A DNA stretch of 63,060 nucleotides, filler included, from Streblomastix strix (Eukaryota), in the NCBI GenBank assembly GCA_008636045.1. It is 3 parts of 3 records of this genome, joined end to end, with 100 filler letters (N's around TTAATTAATTAA, not from the genome) between each part and the next. Parts side by side here need not be neighbours in the genome. Positions count along the whole stretch, not along the records: positions 1 to 20,959 come from SNRW01000403.1; positions 21,060 to 42,016 come from SNRW01000404.1; 1 more part is not named here. The stretch is one strand, 5' to 3'. The translations under genes were made by a program, and so were the position numbers. This document shows positions 13,939 through 26,400 of this stretch, piece by piece (positions within the stretch are counted from its first letter, which is position 1; each line of letters begins with the position of its first letter). Below the pieces are notes generated by a model. It worked only from the letters and a program-made list of their open reading frames with translations, made no database searches and had not been told where the DNA came from.

Positions 13939-14044
13939 AAAAGGCAAATTGCACCTCTGTTTAAAATTTAGTGCTAGCTCATTTTTGAGCTGGCATATAA
14001 AATCAACTTATTTTTTTATTTTTATTTTTTTATCCAGATAATAA

Positions 14045-14614
14045 ATATAAACAATAGTACCTCTATGAAACATCCCTAATCATGAAATATCAACCGAAGA
14101 ACCATGGATAATTAGAAAAATATCTGATGTAGCTATTCACAAAATATATACTGAGAAAAGCAGATATTAATAAGTCAGTATAAATGGAAACACTATGGGT
14201 CTTCACAGACTAGAAGCTATTTAATTTATACCTACAGATGATTATAGTAAATAGGTAGATCATATCAATCATAATAGATCCGATAACTCAGTTAGTAATC
14301 TAAGATGGTTGACACGAAGTGATAATTGTCTGAATAGAACAAAGCTCTAGCGAAAACATATAATATATATTTATTTAGATACATTACTTAGTTATAATAT
14401 TGAAATTAAATAACATAGATGACACACATTTGAAGGATTATATTTCTCTCCTAGTGAAGATACATTTTATATGACAAATAGTATATAATATAAAGAGTTA
14501 CGTGTTAACGAGAAATTAAATGGTGCTTTGATTATGTATGCCGCTGATATAAATGGTAAGGGTAATTAAATTCATTACATAAAAGGTAAACCAATAATGA
14601 AAATATCAAATTGA
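14045..14614 (+). pseudogene. HNH endonuclease (HNH_3-type)
   Basis: GLHRLEAIQFIP...VDHINHNRSDNSVSNLRWLTRSDNCLN. Start codon appears mutated (ATA); internal TGAs. Confidence 0.85.
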
Positions 14615-14636
14615 TAAGTATTATTTTTAGATATAA

Positions 14637-16060
14637 ATGACAGCATCAGGTATGTAAATACTATCATCGTCCTCGGATTAAGAATTTGTCTAATGGAAAA
14701 CAACTATTCCAAAAGGATATAATTAGTTCTAAATTAATAGTGTATATAACGTTCCCATAAACTTATGTTATTATTTGGACAAGGACTATATAGAAATTAA
14801 AACGAATATCAAGTCGGAAAATAATAAGTAAATAAAGATATAAGAATAAATATAGGGTGGTTTTAGATTAACTCCTATAAATGAACTCCCACCAATAAGA
14901 ATTAAAATGAATACACATATTAATATTAATTATGTCGATAACGGAATACATTAATCATACAAATTTTTACCATAAAAATACGTACTTAAAAATAGTGATA
15001 TAAATAATTTCAGTGATGACTAAGAATAGTACTTTCATTAATTCGATACAACTAATGGTGGACAAATTAGCTTCAATTAATCAGACAATGAACATACACA
15101 AAATTTAAGTATTTACTGCACATTGTCATAAAATAAAGGTATCTATATATGTTATGCTGCAATTAACTATATAAATATTAGACTTGATTGTGCTCTTTAT
15201 CATTATTGGGTATAGGATACTTAGTTGGCGATAGCTTATCGAATGATTGGTCTAATTAACATATATTGTCCTACAACAGATAATTATAACACTACTGTCG
15301 AACCATTACCCACAAGTCTTAAAATTAAATATAACATAGATACATAAATTGCTCAAATAAATAATGAGCTAATTACTACAGAATAATAACCTATTAATGT
15401 ACAGAGTTAAAGTATGTAATTAATAATTAATTAAATAAAAACATTTCTTGTGAGATTAATATTGTCACTATCTGCGTTATTATTAAAAGAATGGTAATAT
15501 ATTTATATTAGTGTGTAGAGAATATCTGATCTTGGATAATTTATACCATAAGTATCAGATGAATTTTATGAAAAATAATTCAATGTTCCGAATAAAGTGT
15601 TATAAATAGAGCTATCAAATAATATGTATATTTAGCTAACAAACAATAGCGATCTATAAATAGGATCATTATCAGACAATGATATTAAATAAATGACATT
15701 AGAAACATGGTACTATAAATGAGATATATTAATGACGATTAATATTAAAATTTACTTTTATTTTCACCATTTATCAGTAATTTTATGGAGTATCCGCAAA
15801 TGCTAATTGTAACAGTAAGTAATTAATTAAGGGGTATGGCACTTCAAGTATAAGATAACGCAGCTTTCAGTCATGAAGTATTTAAATAGAATTTTATTGA
15901 TGCGCCAGTAATATGGGGATAGAAAATGTTATCTAATTCAAATATTATAGGTATGATTAAAGAGGTTGTGTTTAAATTATTTGATAATATGGGACAATAA
16001 GTTCCTGAACAATATATGGATATGTATAATAATTTACTATTAGAAATATAATATTAATGA
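14637..16060 (+). pseudogene. Putative minor capsid (penton) protein
   Basis: C-terminus IKEVVFKLFDNMGQQVPE...LLLEIQY resembles the terminal strands of polinton/virophage pentons. TGA at 15720 and a frameshift near 15760. Confidence 0.55.
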
Positions 16061-16496
16061 GGTATCGCGAAAGTTTGCGGGATAACTTTTTCAAATGGAG
16101 GTGCAAATTGCCTTTTAATTTTGTTGGGAAATATATTATTCATTTATTATTTAGTTCTTCCATTAATTTTAATGTTGCTTGCTAACTATCTTCTTTAGTT
16201 ATTTCAATTATCTCTTTCAATTAATTCATTCGCAATTTCCTGTTATATTATCTCAATAAGAATCTCAGTTCTATCTCTGGATCAGCCTTTGTAGCTTATG
16301 AAACTAATAATTATAAAATTAACTGTAGATCATATATTCCTATACGCATATTGTAATCATATTAAGTATAATAAATAAGTCGCGTAAAAGTAAAAGTAAA
16401 AAATCTGAGTAATAATCATCTCCTTCGCATATTAGTTCAAGTACTGAGGAAGAATATAAATAAGAAGTAAGTAAGTTTAATAAATTGTCATAATTA

Positions 16497-17665
16497 ATGT
16501 CAGCAAAATATACTTATACTAGCAAAGGAATGAGATAAGGGAGAAAATTGCGAAATATATATGTGAGACATAGTGATGACATTATAATACCTCCTTTTTT
16601 GAGGGGTAGTGCTTATAATTATTTAAGAAATTAATTTACAAAATTATATCCTAAATTTTAAATAAATAATGAAGGATTTAGAGCGTTCAAAAATTCAGTT
16701 ACTATGAGTAGTTAAAAAAAAGCTAATAAATTATTATATGGTCCCAATTGGTAATGAATAATTTCGGATAAACATTTAATGAAAAAAATAGTTGTTAATG
16801 ATGATTTTTAATGGCTACTGGAGTATTTATAGGAATAAAGAGAATTAATGAAAATAGAAGTAGAGGAGAACTTTAAGAGATTAGTGAAAGACAATGAAGG
16901 GATAGCTGATCATCGATTTAGTGACATATAAACGTCAATACCTCAACCAATTGATCCCAATTAAATATAAAGAATATAAGAATTCAATATTTACCATCGA
17001 TTAAATGAAGCTTGTAATTAAATGGGTAGTATTACACCACAACAGAATCCTAATATTTAATTTAAATATCTAGGTGAAATAGCTCCAAAAGAATATGTAA
17101 GTGTATTAAAAGAAACAGATGGAGAATAATAACCTTTCAAATCTTCATCAAAAGAAGACGCGTTATAAGAACAAATATATGACAATAATAATAAGATACG
17201 GTAATATTCATAATAAGAACCAATTCATTGTAGTATGAGTCCATGATCATGGAGTGTATCTGATTAGTCAAGTATTTCTCAATTTCAATAATCGGTATAA
17301 CATCATTCTGATTAAAATATTTTAAGTTAATTTTAGTAATAACAAATGTAATACATTAAAGCTGTGAATTAGATGAGTTAATAGTTATAAGAAGCAAATG
17401 AAAAAGTAATAAACAGGTTAAAACATGTAGTTGGTTCTACTGATTGGGGAAAATAACGAATAAACGCTTATTTCAATTGATAGCAATTTCCTGATAGTAC
17501 ATTCTAATTGTTCACAAACGAAGGGCAAACTATTCTCCGACATGCTAAAGTCAAATTAAATAAATAATAACTAATCAATATACCAGCGAAGAGAAAGAAT
17601 TATATAAAGACTAGCGAGTTATAATAATCATTAAAAGCTCAAAAATAAATACAAGGAAGATAATG
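16497..17665 (+). pseudogene. Hypothetical viral protein, Gln-rich
   Basis: MSAKYTYTSKGMRQGRKLRN... Long, largely open region with stops; end approximate. Confidence 0.4.
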
Positions 17666-17941
17666 TCATTTATTATATTTTTCTAGAATAGTTATTATAC
17701 TATCTATATCATCTTATTCAAGTATATATTTAATAATTAATTTTGGTATATCCAATTATTTGGCCATTACCTCTCTTCTAAATTATTTCACTTTTAAAAT
17801 CTGTGGGAATTTGAATTATCTTCGCTATTCCTTAGCTTCCTCTTTAGCTTCTTCGGTATTGAAATACTTCTTTGGCCTTCCTTTCACTTTATGAGCATCA
17901 ATGTTTTCGTTGATCATTTTGTTAACGGTTTCATCAATCAT
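17666..17941 (-). CDS. Small basic protein with AT-hook-like KGRPKKY motif
   Basis: MIDETVNKM...KVKGRPKKYFNTEEAKEEAKEQRRQFK...EKYNK*. Intact 91-aa frame. Confidence 0.6.
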
Positions 17942-17999
17942 TTCGTTTATTTATTTTAATTGTATATTTTATTCCACGGTTTATATTAAAAATAAAAAA

Positions 18000-19060
18000 A
18001 TTATAAAAATTACTTTTTGTATTTATATTCGAGTTAATCAAGATCATCAGCTATAAATTTTGCGTAATAGGATGGTATTTCTATTTACCCAATATCTTTA
18101 TATGGTTTCAATAATTTACACACAACATTTCTACGATTATAGCGAATAAAAGTAGCCAACTCATTAAATTATCTTCATTACTAATCGAATTAGTGTTTTT
18201 TTAGCTGAGTCAAGCTAAATCTTTATTATATTACCTACTTTTAAATTAAGCAACCCCTCTTTTCGTTGTAGGCTAATTTTACCATCAACTTCTAATTATT
18301 TTTGTCGAAAATAACTTCCTTCTAAATCTCGTTAATTATTAAATTATTAGGATGTATATTTATTGTTAAAAGCAGTGCGTTTTGAGTTATTATATTTATC
18401 AGCTACTTGTTATAATATATGACTAATGACTTGACAGTTTATCAATTTGTTTCTTACAATACGGATAATACTATCGACTACTCTATTTTAATTAGTAAAT
18501 GGTGATTTATTAATGAAGTGTTATATATTATGTTTTAATAATAGTGCTCTTATTTATTTACTCCCAAATGATGATTCACCTTCTAATCTAATATTTGTCA
18601 CGTACTAGGATTGCATTAGCTACTCAAGAACTGGGATTAGTGATTATTTCTCTTATGTGCGAATAGAATAAATAATAAGATACTTTGTATTAATGTTGAT
18701 AACAAATAGGATTAATATTTGTTTGAAGAAAACTATATCCATTTCCAACGATCCTAATTTAGGGGGGAAATGTGAACGTTAATATTTCATTTATGATTTT
18801 AGTTAATTGATTTTGATTTTTTCATTAAGTTAGTATTAACATTAATTATATTATTTTTTATTATGCTTTAATTTCTATATATTTTTAGAATTAAATTCTT
18901 CAACGTATAATTAATACCATTACTCAATAGATTTACCTTTAAATTAATCATTCTAATTAAAGTGTTTATTAAACTGATAGGTTATTTTGCTAATGAATTC
19001 TTTTAGCGTTAATTTATTAATTAATCTATTAACCTTATCCGCAATGAATATTTCTATTTA
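18000..19060 (-). pseudogene. Retroviral-like (RVE) integrase
   Basis: GSLEMDIVF...LFVININTKYL...IRLEGESSFG...NRVVDSIIRIVRNKL...YNNSKRTAF. Frameshifts; ends approximate. Confidence 0.8.
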
Positions 19061-20959
19061 TAAAGAAAAAAATCATATAGCACGTAAATTATCAATAGTA
19101 TCTTTTATTATATTAACCACATCTTCAATCACATTTTCATCGTATCATATGGTAAATTTATTATATCTCAATATTATTTCATAGTAAGCTAATAGAACTT
19201 ATTATATCTTATGATACGAAGTTACTGCTACTGGTAGATTATCATATACTCTTATCGCTTGTTATTTTAATTATTTTAACTATCAATCTTTCATATTATT
19301 TTTACAAATTCGTCACATCTCAAATGAAATTTTATTATCTGAGACATCATATGTGTTTAAAATCAATATGAACGCATATTTTTATTATTCATATACCATT
19401 TGTGTTGATAATTGCTCGGTGTCGTTCTCTAATATTTCAATTGCTTATTCATTTTATTAGTTAATGATTTCCATTTACTCTTGATAAAATATCCAAAAAT
19501 AAAAAAAATAAAAAAAAAGTTTTTTGCACCCCTGTTTTAAAAAGTCAAGAAACAATTTTTGGTTCCTAGCAATTAAATCAATAAGTTACGATCATAGATA
19601 TATAATTAATGCATTTAATTAACTCTTGACATTTATCGCTAATCATATCACCTTCATCTTATATGTCAGCCTCTTATATCATCCTTTCATATTCTTCACC
19701 TTTAACAAGTTCGATTAAAGCTTAATATACATAATATATCTCAGTATTGTTTGCATTAATTGATTTCCCTAATTTTATAGCTACTTGCAAAATTTATTCC
19801 ATTTTTTATTTAATTTAAAAATAACATCTTTATATTCGATAGATAAACAAATATTTGACGATCAGTCACACAAAAATGACATAGCAGAATGTAATAAAAA
19901 AGGTACAAGTGACAAAACGAAATATTCCATTAGATACTCTATATATTTAATTAAATTTACTAATAATTTAGTAGTATAATCTTTTTCATTAAAATGGAAT
20001 ATATAATATCTAAAAAGTCTTATTAAATCTGTTAATCTGCGTAAAATAATGTTTCCTGAAGGATAATAATCAATTAGAGATGATAAAAGTAAGCTAGAAG
20101 AATTACTTAAATAATTTAACTAAGATCTATAATAAGGTACAGACTAATTATAAAAAATAGACTAAGAGCTAAAAATAGAATAAAAATATATAAAAAAGAA
20201 TATAATTCATTAATTTAATGGATTAAATAATCCTTTTGCTGATATTTAATATTATTTTTCAAAGAACTCGCCCATTGAAAGTTAATGTGTTTTCATCAGC
20301 CGATATTTATAATCCTCTAGTGTTATCACCAGCTTAAGACGATACCGCAATTGCAAAACCTTAAGGATTAGTTTCAGAACTACTTGGTGGAGTAAATATT
20401 GACCATTATCCCACAATAGCACCAGTATTAGATGATCTACTACATCCTAATTAAATCGATGAATTACCTGTATTTGAATCAGATCTAGATATTCTCAAAC
20501 AATCATCATAACTAGTTGCTGTAGAATTAATTTAAATATTACTGGAATTAACATTACCACTGAAAGATAAAGTTAGGCCTTTTTTGGCCGCGCGGTTTTA
20601 GATAACTTTGGGGCCAGGATTGGTTCCTTTGCCGCAAAATTTTCCAATAAAATTTTTAAAAAAATTTGAAAAATTTTTAAAGTGTTAAATTTTCATAAAA
20701 ATGTTAAAAATATGTTTTATATATTTATATTATATTATATTAATATTAAAAATATAATTTAAGCTTCTGGTTGGAAAGTCGCAGTAAAAAATATTTTTAT
20801 CATTTTTCCCCCTTTAGACAGTATTAATATTAATTTTTTTAATTTTTTTTATGTAATTATAACATATTAATTATCTTTTAATAATTAATTATATAATTAA
20901 ATATAAATTTGTTGGAAAAACTCAATTTTTTTGATTCTTTGGTTTAAACATTTGAATAT

Positions 20960-21059
20960 NNNNNNNNNNNNNNNNNNNNNNNNNNNNNNNNNNNNNNNNN
21001 NNNTTAATTAATTAANNNNNNNNNNNNNNNNNNNNNNNNNNNNNNNNNNNNNNNNNNNN
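20960..21059. other. Artificial contig linker
   Basis: N44-TTAATTAATTAA-N44, exactly 100 bp. Confidence 0.98.
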
Positions 21060-21062
21060 CAT

Positions 21063-21984
21063 TCAGATAAGTTCAAATTCGTCCTCATCACCTTCCCCAC
21101 TCTCGTCTATCCCTTCGTGAATTGATTCCAGTCTCTCGCTTTCATCTTGCTCAGCTTTTTTCATCATCTTATCCAACCCTACAAGGGTCTCTAAGTATGC
21201 AGGGTTGTTGAAGACCTCCAATAAGAAGTCAAACTTACGTCTATGATATTCAGTTCGAACCTAATATATTTATTAAGAGTGCTAAAAGAATAGAAATTAA
21301 ATGCCATTATATCAAACTATAGCAGAACATGCAGTACACATAGGGAAAGGACGAAATGTATAATTGGACATTGAGAAAGAGTCCAATGTAAACCGAATCT
21401 ATAAAATAATACAAAATATAATTAATGGAATGTATAACAAGGATAATTAATAGTTATTTAGTTATTTCATTAATCCAAACTTAGTGAGGTACAAATGACA
21501 TTGATGCACTATCATCTTCAAAATCTGAGTTTATTTCATCTCTTTACTTGTCATCAAATTCTTCATTTTCTTTTACCTTCTCCTTTTCTTACTTTAATTC
21601 GTGTAGTTCTTCATATTCTTTTCCTGCTTTTGCATATGGACCTCTTTTGATAGATAATATTAATAATATGAATAATTAAATTTGTTAATTATGTTTAATA
21701 AACCTTTTGTTATGCAAAATACAAACAAGTAACTCAACAGCAAGAGCTGATGCAATTGGAGCTAAACCTATTGAATGAATTACAATAAATGAATAATTAA
21801 GCATTAAACATCTATTAAATGAATAATTAAGCATTAACCATCTATTAAATGAATAATCAATAATACCTGGTCTAGTAACAGTGCATTATTAATCCAATGT
21901 TCTGTCAATGAATGAATTTCTAGGAGCAACAACATCACTACAGAAATAACATCCTAAATGAGGTGGTTTTGAATAATGAGGAAT
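21063..21984 (-). CDS. ATG7: Atg7 (E1-like autophagy enzyme) C-terminal part, fused in frame to CYB5D1
   Basis: LGCYFCSDVVAP...[26 protein letters not shown]...CTACS...FLLEVFNNPAYLETLVGL. Short GT-AG introns; TGA stop at 21063-21065. Confidence 0.88.
21786..21857. repeat. 30-bp tandem repeat (~2.4 copies) inside an ATG7 intron
   Basis: Unit TAAATGAATAATTAAGCATTAAACATCTAT at 21786 and 21816, partial at 21846. Confidence 0.85.
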
Positions 21985-22928
21985 ATAATACAAGTGGAGT
22001 GTTGGAATATTCACATCACGATCTATAGCATATTCCTCATACAAACCATCTTCATCTGGAATTCCATTGTCTTCCAGAGTTTTGTGCATATCAAGAACTC
22101 TCCTTAGATGCTTCCATGTATAACTATGTGCATGAGCATTATGCTCCAAATATCTTGCACGAATTTAACCCAATGTTTCTTCCTTACAAACTTCTAAAAT
22201 GTGTTCCTCATGATTCAGCATGTTGTGTAGTCGAATCTTTCTAGATTTCTTAGTAAGAAAACCAACTTTATATTTTTCATCTTTGTACCATGGGATCACA
22301 AAATCGTTTGGTCTGTCTGTTCGTGGAGCACTTAAACAATAAATAAATAAAAATAATAAGGATAATCGTTCAATCTAGTTAGAGAAAATGTTTGATATAC
22401 GTTGGTAATACATGTAATATTTTCCGCCCTGCTGTGTATGGCTCGGTCAAGCCAGAACTATCATCCAATTCAGTACGAATCTTCAAAAAGTAATAGAAAA
22501 ACCAATTAATAGTAAATGAGGTTAAAGAAGAAATTACATTTCCTGTTTTGGGATTGAACCAGTGTGATATATCTCTTCCTGCAGCTTCAAGAAATGAATT
22601 AACTAATTGTGCTGAAAAATTTAGTTGTAGGAGCATGAAAATCGAGCATTTTAACAAAAAATTAAAAATAACGAATGTAAACCGTCATTTTTGAATTCAG
22701 ATATAAGTGGCGTTAGATCGTACACTTTTCCTAAGAATGATACCCAGCAGTCTGATGAGCTATTGTGGTTAGCCACATCGATGGCTGAAAAATAGCGTGG
22801 AAGTCGCCGAACCGTGTCATCCGCTGTGTTTTTTCCAGTGCATAATATAAATAAACAAATAACTAACTAAATAAAACATTCAAACATTCGTACGATGGAA
22901 GGACAAATTATTCCTGGGCGTTCGACAT
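21985..22928 (-). CDS. CYB5D1: Cytochrome b5 domain-containing protein 1 (CYB5D1-like), N-terminal part of chimera
   Basis: RYFSAIDVANHNSSSDCWVSFLGKVYDLTPL...AAGRDISHWF...PWYKDEKY...EETLGQIRARYLEHNAHAHSYTWK...LDMHKTLEDNGIPDE...IPTLHLYY. Short introns; first exon uncertain. Confidence 0.85.
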
Positions 22929-23404
22929 TTTTTGAACGGTAATTCAAATTTTGTGAAACGGAAAATAATTTATGTTAGATATTATATATTATATTTTATT
23001 ATTATTTTCTAACAAAATAACATTGATATAATTTGAAAAAATAGCGAATTGGACTTCAAAACGAAAAAGCGTTAAATATTTACTTTTTGAAATAAAATCA
23101 TTATATTTTTCTTAAATATTATACAAAAGAAAACACATTTATTCTGAAATTAAATTATCTTAAAGAAATAATCCGTAAATAAGGGAATTAGAACCCTCTT
23201 AATAAATTTGATTTCCTGTTGGTTCTAATGTTTTATACTTAATTTCAATGATTTAATTGTAAATAAAATCGCACTTAATTATAAATAATATAAAATAAAT
23301 TGATTTTTATTACTAAATTAATTTTTTTCTTATCAAATTTTTATTTTATTGATTTTTCCTTTTATACATTTATTTTTTATACTAATTTTTGTTTTTGTAG
23401 TATA

Positions 23405-26400
23405 ATGCAACCTATTTAATAGGAATTGAGTATTTTGCCTCATTTTTAGCCATAGTTGGAAGTCGATTTAAACATTTCTGAGGTTTGATTTCAATAATTT
23501 CATATTCAATAAAATATAATTTGTTATCACAGCTTCGTTCTTCGGCAAAATCGTAAATATCTATAAGAACAATTTTACAACTCCTTCTTCACTTTTTTAA
23601 AGTTAAGCAATTCTAATTAATCTTAAAGAAGTGCGTATATCTCGAACGATGGACCAGATATTGTGTTAGAAATTAAGTGTATCATTAATCATATCCAACC
23701 TTTCGAGATCTGATTACACGTATTGAAGAAGAATATACTGATACATTGCATCGTATACGAAGACTTTAAATAGCTGAGAATTTTAGAAGGTTTGGATTAT
23801 CTAATCCACAATAATCATCAGAAATAGTATAATAAAGATCATAAAGTGCAATCTATGCAGCTAATGCATATGAATACTTCAGTAGAAATGGATAAGATTC
23901 AGATGGAAAAGAAAAGAGAGAAGATAATGAAGATGATGATGAAGAGGAGAAACTTGGAATCAAAGAATTACAATTTTCTATGATACATGCAATCCAAGAT
24001 GAAGACATGAAGATATTATTACGTGAAACAGTAACATCAACAAGGAGTTCAAATAAATTAAATTCATACTTACTTGTACTTAGATGGATGCATTTAACTC
24101 ATGGAGATGAAATCAGAAGAAGAAGTATAACTATTCTATAATAAAGGAAATAAACATAAAGATCAGGTAAACATAGTATTCATTAGTATCCAACAAAGAT
24201 TGGATAAAATAATGGAATTATAAGTAGTTCAGATTCTGAATAAGAGATATATTAGATTGATGAAGATGATGAAGATGAAGGAATTGAAGGAGGAAGTAAT
24301 TAGAACAATGCAGGAATAACTGTTTTCTCACTTCCTCGTATTATAACAGACTAAAACTAACTTGATGCAGTACTATTCTAACTTGGAAATTATTTTGGGT
24401 TTATTAATTCACCAAAAGAAATAATAGGAGATGTTGAAGGAGAGACATTTGCATACAGTGCAGCTAAGTTCTTTGCAGATTATATGGACATGTATTTAAA
24501 GAGAGCAACACTCCCATTATATTCATAATGTCCATTATATCCAAAAGCAATAAGAAAAGGACTAAAAGAGAAATAATTAAGTAATAAAGGATAAAAAGGA
24601 AAGAATGAAATATAATAATAAGATAGTAAAGGATATTCATCAACTGGAAGAATATCAATAGGACCATAATAAACATCTGTATAAAGTCATATCTAATTAT
24701 AAGGAGCTGTTATATAACTTCCAGTTGTAGCAGAAGTTATGAGTCTAGAATATACATTTATTAAATCATCACCTTGGATATCATCTGTTTATTGTTAAGG
24801 ATTGATTCCTCCAAATGCAAAACTATCTGGTTCGACTTCATAATTCTCAGTATCATCAATATTACACAATTAAATATCTCTCAATTCTAATTAGGTGTAT
24901 AATTCATATTCAAATGCAACATACTTACCAACACCACATATACCAACTTGGTAAATACAATAATAAACCAGATTAAGATTGGTATAGATAGATCCATTAT
25001 TGTAGACTGAATTAGAGACATTGAAGATACTTAGATTAGATGTATTATTAGATAGAGCTAAGATCTTAGCTACTACACACAGACGAAGGATACTAATATC
25101 CAGATAAGGAAGAAGAGAAAGAGAAAGAATAAGAAAGAATAAGAGATTTAAGATAAATGATGATGAAGTGAATAAGAATAATAATTGGAATGAATAAATT
25201 ATACGCGAAAGTGGGACATGTGTTGGAAAAACCCTTGAAAACAACCTCCGTCTTTTGGGGAAGCAGAAATTAGTGAGTGAAACAGCAGCATAATCCATAG
25301 CACACAATTTGGGCATATCCAATAATCTATTCTCAGGATCTGGTATATCAGCCACGTCCTCAAATTAATCAGCATCAGCATCTGAGAAGAGAAGAAGAAG
25401 GAAGAAGAGGAGATTAGAGAGTGGGAATAACTAAGTGGATAGTGGAGATGAGGATGATGAGGATGACAGTGATTATGCAGATTGGGATTCTGATATTAAT
25501 TAGATATAGATATAGATATAGAGTCATTAATAAATAGGGAAATAGAAATAGAAGGGGAATATAAGTTCTACATCTAATTCATATAGTACATAACAATAGT
25601 AATATGCATAAGCTACTGATATACCATACTTTAATAGGAAGAAACTTGTTGCTCTTTAACTTCTAAGACACACAAGAGCAGTTGAACTCAGATAAAGGCT
25701 TCTTGATTCTCTTAATTATATTGTGTCACTTCAGAAAAGGCTTTCATTTGATACATTCTGTTATCCATGGGAATCTGAGAATGAAGGTGGGAATGAAACT
25801 GAGTTGGATTAGTAACATATTGATGCTAATAGAATCATTGATGAAATGAATTAAACATCTGATGATAAAGATAATAATATTAAGACTGATTATATTACTC
25901 CAAAGACAGCTAGTGTTGTTGGTTAATAAATTACATCAGGTATAGAAGTGGACATTGTTGATAATGCAATTCATTCTCTTAATTCAACTTCAATTGTTCC
26001 TTTACCCAAATCTCCAGCTTATTCAATATTCACTTCATGTGAACCAATATAATATTCATTTAATGATGGAGTATCAGGATCTTCTTTTATTGAATAACCA
26101 ACTCCTTCATAATTCAATTTCACTCCTCTTTATTCTTAGTAATAAAATATCAATAATATTAATAATAAGCAAACGAATATTAATTTGATTCCTGATCTCA
26201 ATGATAAATAAATGAGAGGAATAATGTCAATTGGAGACAAGAGAGATCGAATTGAATTATAAATGGCTGGAGTTATATAAGCAGGAAGTGGATATTCATC
26301 AGGAAGAATGTCATCTGTAAGATAAAGACTGTTGTATGGAGTTAATTCAGGATAATCAAACAGAGAAGGAGATGAAATGGGGAGTAAATATACTCAGATT

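Larger units (their letters stand above)
249..19546. repeat. Dispersed ~34-bp intergenic motif (approx. TTTWAAACAGAGGTGCAAWWWRCCTTTTT), 9 copies
   Basis: Copies at 249(+), 4696(-), 5271(+), 7585(+), 9808(-), 13255(+), 13938(-), 16085(+), 19515(-). Partial copy near 11760(-). Confidence 0.8.
1..20575. mobile_element. Endogenous Polinton/Maverick-like DNA virus, degenerate, ends not captured
   Basis: pPolB, A32-like ATPase, RVE integrase, putative major/minor capsid and HNH genes co-occur. They are densely packed, apparently intron-free and readable only with TAA/TAG=Gln. Many carry TGA stops or frameshifts. Confidence 0.92.

Noticed and set aside
249..19546. Dispersed motif as a CRISPR array
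   Set aside because: Copies are kilobases apart, degenerate and in both orientations, with no cas genes.
1..20959. Terminal inverted repeats of the virus
   Set aside because: I found no match between the two contig ends; the termini appear to be missing.
22895..22940. Possible plus-strand first exon MEGQIIPGRSTFFE
   Set aside because: It overlaps the more plausible minus-strand first exon of CYB5D1, and I cannot link it to a downstream exon without transcripts.
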